From the NCBI GenBank assembly GCA_964633195.1, contig CAZWFL010000011.1, positions 8,932-72,931 on the forward strand: DNA of 64,000 nucleotides, read 5' to 3'. Under the pieces are notes generated by a model that did not search any database, was not told the DNA's origin, and was given only the letters and a program-made list of their open reading frames with translations. The number at the start of each line of letters is the position of its first letter. Position 1 is the first letter of the stretch. The position numbers were made by a program, and so were the translations under genes. This document shows, in pieces, positions 57,453 to 64,000 of this stretch. This DNA is from an uncultured Rikenellaceae bacterium. GTDB taxonomy: Bacteria; Bacteroidota; Bacteroidia; Bacteroidales; VadinHA17.

Positions 57453-58505
57453 CTACATTGTTCTGAATTTATAAATACAGCTGTGTTCATATTTTTCCCC
57501 CGGATCCAGTATCACTGAAGGGAAATGAGGTTTGTTAACCGCATCGGGGAAATGTTGTGTTTCAAGACAGAGTGCCCACCTTCTCCCATATTTCTTACCA
57601 CCCTTCCCTGGCTCATTATCTATCCAGTTAGCAGTATATAACTGAACTCCCGGCTGAGTTGTATATACCTCCATCACCCTTCCTGAAACGGGATCATAAG
57701 CGGTAGCTGCAAATCCCTCATTACCGGTCCTGTGATTAAGGACCCAGTTCTGGTCGTATCCGGCACCATACCTCAACTGTTCATCATCTCCGTCAATAGA
57801 GGCCCCAATCTTTTTTAATTCAGTGAAATCCATCGGCGTTTCTTTTACGCTCCGTATTTCACCTGTTGGCACAGAGGTATCGTCGGTGGGTGTAAAGAAA
57901 GCAGCATTGATCATCAATTCGTGGTCATAAACGCTACCTGATCCCTCGCCCGACAGATTGAAGTAGGAATGGCTGGCAAGGTTAACAACAGTTTTTTTAT
58001 CCGTTACAGCCAGATAATCGAGTCGCAGACCATTATCCTCAGTAAGGGTATACTTAACATTAACTTTCAGGTTCCCGGGGTAGCCCTCTTCCCCGTCGGG
58101 TGACAGGTATTCAAGCAGCAGTTCCGAAGCTGATGAGCTCACTATATCCCATACAACTTTATCAAACCCCCTTACTCCTCCATGAAGATGATTGGGGCCG
58201 TTGTTAACGGCAAGAGTGTACTCTTTGTCACCGAGGCTGAATTTTCCCTTTGCTATGCGATTGGCACATCTCCCGCAAATAGCACCCATGTAGGGACCAT
58301 TACCATTAATGTAATCATAAATAGTATCATAGCCTTGCACGACATCAGCAAGAGTTCCAATACGGTCAGGAACGAAAATGCTTACTATTATTGCGCCGTA
58401 ATTGGTAACCTGGGCAACCATCCCGTTTTTATTCCTGAGAGTAACAAGTCTTACCTGCTTGCCGTTATGCATCGTGTTGAATGATTCTTCACTAATAAGC
58501 TGCAT
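57453..58505 (-). CDS. galM: Galactose mutarotase (aldose 1-epimerase)
   Basis: GRCANRI, NHLHGG, GYPGNL, HSYFNL, QLYTAN, CLETQHFPD. Confidence 0.95.
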   Translation of the reverse strand: MQLISEESFNTMHNGKQVRLVTLRNKNGMVAQVTNYGAIIVSIFVPDRIGTLADVVQGYDTIYDYINGNGPYMGAICGRCANRIAKGKFSLGDKEYTLAVNNGPNHLHGGVRGFDKVVWDIVSSSASELLLEYLSPDGEEGYPGNLKVNVKYTLTEDNGLRLDYLAVTDKKTVVNLASHSYFNLSGEGSGSVYDHELMINAAFFTPTDDTSVPTGEIRSVKETPMDFTELKKIGASIDGDDEQLRYGAGYDQNWVLNHRTGNEGFAATAYDPVSGRVMEVYTTQPGVQLYTANWIDNEPGKGGKKYGRRWALCLETQHFPDAVNKPHFPSVILDPGEKYEHSCIYKFRTM

Positions 58506-58548
58506 AGAAGTATATTAATTAGGTTTAATGAAATATTGTTACAGGTGA

Positions 58549-59832
58549 CTAAAGATCTACCCTTCCGGCTCCCTGTGGCCTTATGAAGAGATCATGGCAT
58601 GAGCCTCTTCCGAAAAGATGCTCCAGGGTACTTACGTATTTATCAAGCAGGTTATGAGGAACAAATGCCTGGATTGTGCCGGCAAAACCTCCGCCATGCA
58701 CCCGCCATGCACCTTCTCCTTTAAGAATAAGATCACTTAATGCAAGGGCAAGCGATACATTCTGTTCCCTTATATTACTGACAGGATAGATATTCTGGTT
58801 ATACATATAGGAACTGTAGCCGGATTCAACAACCATCCTCAGAAATGACTTGAAATCATTTCTTTCGAGGGCTTCCACCTGATCAACAACTCTCTGATTA
58901 TCAAGCTGAAAATGAATAGCACGAAGGATCGCTCTGTCTCCTGTCTTTTCACGTATCCGCGGGGCAATCCCGAGCACCTGTTCCAGGGTTACTTCACGCA
59001 GTACTTTAGCGCCCAGTTCAGCTGCAACAGCTTTCATTTCGGCTGGCAGGGAAGCATATTCATCGTTAAGGTCGGCATGACTGCCGCCGGTATCGGTAAT
59101 AACCAGGGAAAATCCTGTTTTTACAAAGTCGAAATTCACTTTTTTGACCACCGGTTTCGAGGGATCTTTAAAATCTATTGTGATCAGGCCGCCCATTGCA
59201 CAGGCTGTCTGGTCCATCAAACCGCACGGTTTGCCAAAATAATTGTTTTCAGAATATTGACCGATTTTTGCATTTTCTATCGGATCAAGAGTACCTCCGT
59301 TGAAGAAATGGCTTATTACAGCACCCACAAGTACCTCGAAAGAAGCTGAAGAGCTCAATCCCGAGCCTTTAGGCACCCCCCCGTCAATACATGCATCAAA
59401 TCCGCCCAGGGTATAACCCAGTTCGCTCAAACGGGAACAGATACCTCTTACCAGCGCCGCTGATGTGAAGCGTTCGTCTTCAACAGGTTTGAGAGAAGAG
59501 AGATCAACTTCAAATTCAGGGTAATCTTCTGACCAGATCCTTATCACATTACTGTTATTCTTGCCTGCAACACCCACAATATCGAGATTTACGGCACCTG
59601 CAAGCACACGGCCGTAATTGTGGTCAGTATGGTTACCTCCTATTTCAGTTCGCCCCGGAGAACTGAAAAAATGAGGTTCGCTCCCCCCGAATTCTTCGGC
59701 AAACCTGTTGAGCAGATCAATATACCTTTTTGCATTCCTTTTCAATTCAGCCGGATCGGTGCCATACAATTCACGGAATACCCTGTTATCACCATCATTG
59801 ATCCTGAGAATAAGATTTTCTGCTTTTGTCAT
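58549..59832 (-). CDS. galK: Galactokinase
   Basis: PGRTEIGGNHTDH, GSGLSSSAS, CGLMDQ, RVHGGGFAG. Confidence 0.93.
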   Translation of the reverse strand: MTKAENLILRINDGDNRVFRELYGTDPAELKRNAKRYIDLLNRFAEEFGGSEPHFFSSPGRTEIGGNHTDHNYGRVLAGAVNLDIVGVAGKNNSNVIRIWSEDYPEFEVDLSSLKPVEDERFTSAALVRGICSRLSELGYTLGGFDACIDGGVPKGSGLSSSASFEVLVGAVISHFFNGGTLDPIENAKIGQYSENNYFGKPCGLMDQTACAMGGLITIDFKDPSKPVVKKVNFDFVKTGFSLVITDTGGSHADLNDEYASLPAEMKAVAAELGAKVLREVTLEQVLGIAPRIREKTGDRAILRAIHFQLDNQRVVDQVEALERNDFKSFLRMVVESGYSSYMYNQNIYPVSNIREQNVSLALALSDLILKGEGAWRVHGGGFAGTIQAFVPHNLLDKYVSTLEHLFGRGSCHDLFIRPQGAGRVDL

Positions 59833-59890
59833 GGATATTTGATTTTGAATAAAATGAATGATTGTAAATATAATAATTGTGGAGAAATTA

Positions 59891-59936
59891 TGACTGAGGC
59901 TGTCCCAAAGTTAAAATTCGAGACAGCCTCCAGTCA
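59891..59936. repeat. Inverted repeat (terminator or IS-end footprint)
   Basis: TGACTGAGGCTGTC-N17-GACAGCCTCCAGTCA. Confidence 0.55.
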
Positions 59937-59958
59937 GAAATAAATATATATCAGATCC

Positions 59959-61296
59959 TTAATCGTGTTTACTTCCAACCAGGGCAAAGAACACAATATA
60001 GAGATAACATATAATTGGCAGAATAAATGAGAATCTGACACCCATGCCGTCTGCAATAAGTCCCATCAGAACAGGAATTACTGCCCCGCCGACTATCAGA
60101 GTATTAATAAGGCCTGAAGCCATACTAAGCTCACCCTTGTCGAGACCATCAACACCAAGTGCAAAAATATTGGGGAACATTATTGAGTTGAAGAACCCTA
60201 TTGATAGTCCGAGCCAAAGAATAATGGGGCCGTTAGCCAGCATAACTACCAGAAGGAGAATTGCAGCTATTATTCCGAATACAGCCAGAGATCTGCTTGC
60301 ATTACCTTTACCGAGCTGCATAGCGAGATAGTTCACCAGAGCAATTCCACCGAAAATCAGCCCGTCGGTAGGTTGCTGCCTTACAAACCATCCCACAAAA
60401 ACTGCAAGTATCAGAACCATTAACAGATAGAGGTATCTTCTTGATGATGCAACCCCGGACAACATAAAGGAACCGAAAAACCGGCCGACCATTGCACCAC
60501 CCCAGTAGAGTGCTATCATCATTGCAGCATCGTTGCGTGCCATATTCAGAGCCTCCTGGAAATATCGCTGGAGCATGGCGGCAGAACCGACCTCTGCACC
60601 AACATAACAGAAAATACCCACTGCACCCATTATCACGTGAGGATATTTCCACACACTCTTCTTCTCAACACCCTTTGTCGGTATTTCCGGCAATTTGAGG
60701 AGATAAACGGCAACTGCTATCACTATCACTATAACTGCTATCACCAGAAAGGGAACAGGAACGGATTCTGCAGCCTCGGCAGCGCTGAGAGCAGAGTCTA
60801 CTGAGACCTTAAATACAAATACCCCTGCAATTATAGGAGCGATGTAAGTCGCGATTGAGTTCATGGCCTGCGTCAGATTCAGTCTGCCGGATGCAGTCTC
60901 CGACGGACCCAGTGCCGTAACGTAAGGATTGGCAGCAACCTGAAGAAATACAACACCACCAGCCATTACGAAAATGGCAAACAGGAAAAATGGATAGGAA
61001 ATTGCTTTGGCTGCCGGAAAAAACAGGAAGCTTCCGAGGCCAACCAGTAAAAGGCCGAGTATCACACCCATCTTATACCCTATCCTCTTAATTATTCCTC
61101 CTGCTGTAAAGGACAAGACAAAATAAGTGAAGAAAAAGGCTCCGTTAACCAGCTGTGCCTGGAAGTTTGACAGCTCAAAGACTGCCTTGAACTTGTCAGC
61201 CAGCGTAATATTAAAGGTTGTAACGAACCCAAACAGGAAGAATATCATTCCCATAAAGGCCATACCGATTGCTTGAGTATTTTTCTGCTCTGTCAT
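59959..61296 (-). CDS. MFS glucose/galactose transporter (FucP/GluP family)
   Basis: FLFGFVT, LQVAANPYV, YVGAEV, NSIMFPNIF. Confidence 0.9.
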   Translation of the reverse strand: MTEQKNTQAIGMAFMGMIFFLFGFVTTFNITLADKFKAVFELSNFQAQLVNGAFFFTYFVLSFTAGGIIKRIGYKMGVILGLLLVGLGSFLFFPAAKAISYPFFLFAIFVMAGGVVFLQVAANPYVTALGPSETASGRLNLTQAMNSIATYIAPIIAGVFVFKVSVDSALSAAEAAESVPVPFLVIAVIVIVIAVAVYLLKLPEIPTKGVEKKSVWKYPHVIMGAVGIFCYVGAEVGSAAMLQRYFQEALNMARNDAAMMIALYWGGAMVGRFFGSFMLSGVASSRRYLYLLMVLILAVFVGWFVRQQPTDGLIFGGIALVNYLAMQLGKGNASRSLAVFGIIAAILLLVVMLANGPIILWLGLSIGFFNSIMFPNIFALGVDGLDKGELSMASGLINTLIVGGAVIPVLMGLIADGMGVRFSFILPIICYLYIVFFALVGSKHD

Positions 61297-61461
61297 CGTT
61301 TAGTTTTTTAGGTTATACAAATTAATTCAAATAATACTTAGTTTTTCGTGTGAAGTAAAATTACATTTTCAGATGGATTTTCAAACACCACCGCAATAAT
61401 TTTTTAATGCTGAAGCATATTCTTTGGTTTTACATATATGGTTACATTTGCATAAAAAAAT

Positions 61462-62220
61462 ATGATTACACGCTATTTCATATTTATCTCATTCAAAGGC
61501 ACTTACTATCACGGATGGCAAATTCAGCCTCACTCAATAACTGTGCAGGATATTATCGACTCTTCTCTCAGTACAATAACAGGTGAAAAAATAGTAACTA
61601 CTGGAGCGGGAAGGACCGACTCAGGAGTGCATGCGAAACTGTTTTGTGCCCACTTTGATTCCATCAGGCCTGACCTCGCTGCAAAGAAAGAGTTCATAGG
61701 CCGCCTTAACCGTTACCTGCCGGAAGATATTGCTGTAACTGATATCAGGAAGGTGGACGGGGATGCGAACGCAAGATTCAGCGCCCTCTCCAGGACATAC
61801 AGGTATTATATAACAAGGGTAAAAGATCCTTTTATGACCGATTACAGCTGGTTGTTGCAGGTGAATATCGATATGAACGCCATGAACGATGCCTGTTCAG
61901 TTCTGATGAAGCATAATGATTTTTCCAGCTTCAGCAGGCTTCATTCAAATGCGAGGACCAATTTGTGCAGGGTATTCGACGCCCGGTGGGAAACAGAAGG
62001 CAACATGCTGGTATTCACTATAAAAGCAGACAGATTTTTAAGAAACATGGTCAGGGCTGTTGTAGGCACAATGATTCTGACCGGTACGGGTAAATTAGAT
62101 CTTGATGATTTTGAAGAGATAATCATGGCGAAGGACAGATGCAAAGCCGGCAAATCTGCACCTGCCAGGGGGTTGTTCCTCTCAGGGATAGAGTATCCAG
62201 CCGGGATCTTTGTTCAGTAA
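61462..62220 (+). CDS. truA: tRNA pseudouridine(38-40) synthase
   Basis: HGWQIQ, GAGRTDSGVHA, ARFSA, FLRNMVR, APARGL; TACATTTG -7 box at 61443. Confidence 0.96.
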   Translation: MITRYFIFISFKGTYYHGWQIQPHSITVQDIIDSSLSTITGEKIVTTGAGRTDSGVHAKLFCAHFDSIRPDLAAKKEFIGRLNRYLPEDIAVTDIRKVDGDANARFSALSRTYRYYITRVKDPFMTDYSWLLQVNIDMNAMNDACSVLMKHNDFSSFSRLHSNARTNLCRVFDARWETEGNMLVFTIKADRFLRNMVRAVVGTMILTGTGKLDLDDFEEIIMAKDRCKAGKSAPARGLFLSGIEYPAGIFVQ

Positions 62221-62963
62221 TCAGCACTGTTCCATATCTCCCATGACCTTTCAGCCTGTGAACGGAGCATCTTAAGCCCTGTGATTACGTTGCAGCCCCT
62301 CTCCTGCCCCTCCTTAAGAAATGCTGTGATTTCCGGATTATAAACCAGATCAAACATGATATGCCTTTTATCAAGGCAATCATAGCAAAAATCAGGCTTG
62401 CTGCCCGTATCAGGGAACATACCCAGCGGTGTTGTATTAACTATCAAATCGGTCACTTTTATCAAATCAGGTTTTATGTCATTGTAGGAAATCACTCCGG
62501 GTTTCCGGGTCCTTGAAACCCTTATTACCATAATCCCTGCTTTCTCCAGTACATAACAAACTGTTTTAGCACTTCCGCCGGTGCCCATGACCATTGCCTG
62601 CCTGATATGCTTCAGCACATGACAGAGTGAATCTCGTATCCCGTTAACATCCGAATTGTATCCGAATACCTTTGCCTTTATTCTCCTCCTTTTCAATTTC
62701 AATACATTAACTGCACCTATCTCTGATGCTTCCCGATCTATATGATTGAGGTAACTGATTACTGAAGATTTATAGGGGATGGTAACATTAAGACCTTCCA
62801 GCTCGGGAACAGAATTGATCAGGTCTGGGAGTTGCTCAATTGATCTTATCGGAAAATTATCATAAGAGCAGTCAGAAATATCCTCATTATCAAACTTTTC
62901 AGTGAAATATCTTTTTGAGAACGAATGACCGAGAGGATATCCGATGAGGCCGAATTTTCTCAT
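62214..62963 (-). CDS. aroE: Shikimate dehydrogenase
   Basis: GYPLGHSFS, NVTIPYK, GAVN, GYNSD, NTTPLGM, DLVYNP, GLKML. Confidence 0.94.
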   Translation of the reverse strand: MRKFGLIGYPLGHSFSKRYFTEKFDNEDISDCSYDNFPIRSIEQLPDLINSVPELEGLNVTIPYKSSVISYLNHIDREASEIGAVNVLKLKRRRIKAKVFGYNSDVNGIRDSLCHVLKHIRQAMVMGTGGSAKTVCYVLEKAGIMVIRVSRTRKPGVISYNDIKPDLIKVTDLIVNTTPLGMFPDTGSKPDFCYDCLDKRHIMFDLVYNPEITAFLKEGQERGCNVITGLKMLRSQAERSWEIWNSADY

Positions 62964-63733
62964 TTCCCGACTCCCTCAGGCAGGAAATTAAAGAATGTAT
63001 CACCGCGGAGTCCGCACCTGAGTGATTCCAGGGGGATGATCTCACCGGGTGCAATATTGCCGAGGCTTACATTAGCTCCGAAGTTATTAATAAACCATAC
63101 CTGCTGAGATTTGAGGGGTGCCTCCCAGACAACATTCCTAAAACCAATATTGTCACCTATCTCCTTGATCAGCATTGTATTTGCTGAGCCATCATCATTA
63201 TAGATACCGATCGTTCCCGTCTCACGGGCTTCAGCAATCACCTTTTCCGAGCCTGCTTCAAGTTCCGATTTCATCATCGACACCCATTGAGCCGGTGAGT
63301 AAACGACATTCTTCTTTTTCGATCCCACTTCTGAGATGACCCTCCCACGGGACGCAAGCTGACGAATATAATCAAGTTTATTTTCATGTAAGATTTCATA
63401 CGACCCGTCAGATACTTCTGCGAGCTCGAATTCGTTTTTGTCGAGAAAATCCATGAACTCACTGAACATGTTTCTTACAACAAATGCTTCAAAGAGTGTT
63501 CCGCCGGGATAAGGCACGCACCCGTTTTTTTTGTATATTCTGATCTTCTCCCTGAAACCAGGAGTAAGAATGGATGTGCCGAATCCAAGCTTCACAAAAT
63601 CGGTGTAGAGGCTTCCCACCGACATGAAATCCTCGGCCTCCCTGATGCTGAGACCTTTGTCCATAACCATCGTAATTCCGTCAGTTCTGGGTTTTTCAGG
63701 CCTCTCCGGAATATAAGGAAGAATTTTTTCCAT
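62960..63733 (-). CDS. comA: Phosphosulfolactate synthase (ComA family)
   Basis: KPRTDGITMVMDKG, VKLGFGT, GGTLFE, EVGSK, EARE, WEAP, LESLRCGLRGDT. Confidence 0.9.
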   Translation of the reverse strand: MEKILPYIPERPEKPRTDGITMVMDKGLSIREAEDFMSVGSLYTDFVKLGFGTSILTPGFREKIRIYKKNGCVPYPGGTLFEAFVVRNMFSEFMDFLDKNEFELAEVSDGSYEILHENKLDYIRQLASRGRVISEVGSKKKNVVYSPAQWVSMMKSELEAGSEKVIAEARETGTIGIYNDDGSANTMLIKEIGDNIGFRNVVWEAPLKSQQVWFINNFGANVSLGNIAPGEIIPLESLRCGLRGDTFFNFLPEGVGK

Positions 63734-63759
63734 TTATTAATGCACTTTCTTATTTAAAA

Positions 63760-64000
63760 TCAGAGAAGGTAATTCTCCCTGAGGAGTCTCCTCATTTTCT
63801 TGGTGAGCAAAGCTTCCGGAAACAGATCTGCAAAGTCCGGAAAGAGCTCTTTATCGATATCCAGAGCCAGGATTAAATGCTTATAGGCTTTGTCATGGTT
63901 ACCGGCGCAGGAGCTGAATGACGCAAGAAGATAATTTATCCCCGGTACATCGCCTATTATCCTGTAGGCCTGGTCGAGATAAGGCAGGGCTTTCACTGCA
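63760..64000 (-). CDS. C-terminal part of a TPR-repeat protein (starts outside the window)
   Basis: TPR-like helices (ALPYLDQAY, AYKHLILAL); the frame is open to the window edge. Confidence 0.7.
   Translation of the reverse strand, partial: AVKALPYLDQAYRIIGDVPGINYLLASFSSCAGNHDKAYKHLILALDIDKELFPDFADLFPEALLTKKMRRLLRENYLL

Noticed and set aside
203-63996. Many antisense or nested ORFs of 60-190 aa in the six-frame track
   Set aside because: They lie opposite or within well-supported genes and show no motifs of their own.

Overview
Chromosomal window from an anaerobic Bacteroidota (Bacteroidales-like) genome, judged from TAnnTTTG promoters, the tRNA-Lys and rnpB sequences, and the exbBD-tonB-pstS-TPR and comA-aroE-TPR gene sets. 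Most of it is housekeeping: an XRE/LexA-like regulator divergent from dinB-dnaE2, rel, an ECF sigma/DUF4252 locus, pyrK/pyrD, pta-ackA-ptb-ptb-buk, rarA, kdsA, rnpB, queA, a TonB system, a gal locus, truA, aroE and comA. The accessory part (about 10.1-27.4 kb) holds the two strongest candidates for undescribed biology. (1) A tRNA-Lys(UUU) gene is flanked by two tRNA-derived copies whose anticodon arm is exactly replaced by a short palindrome. A small GIY-YIG nuclease pseudogene, missed by the ORF track, runs into the D-loop of one copy, and a related REP-like hairpin family recurs elsewhere in the window. (2) A cluster encodes an opine dehydrogenase, a single-chain B12-binding/TIM-barrel protein and an asparagine-synthetase homolog lacking the glutaminase Cys1, which suggests an uncharacterised cobalamin-dependent amino-acid/opine pathway. 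Also noted: a sialidase-GH116-GH2-NanM/SSS island, tandem GATTA-N5-TAATC operators for the SOS cassette, and a dif-like site with clustered TTACA-N2-TGTAA palindromes beside an HTH gene. All assignments come from reading motifs by eye; no searches were run.
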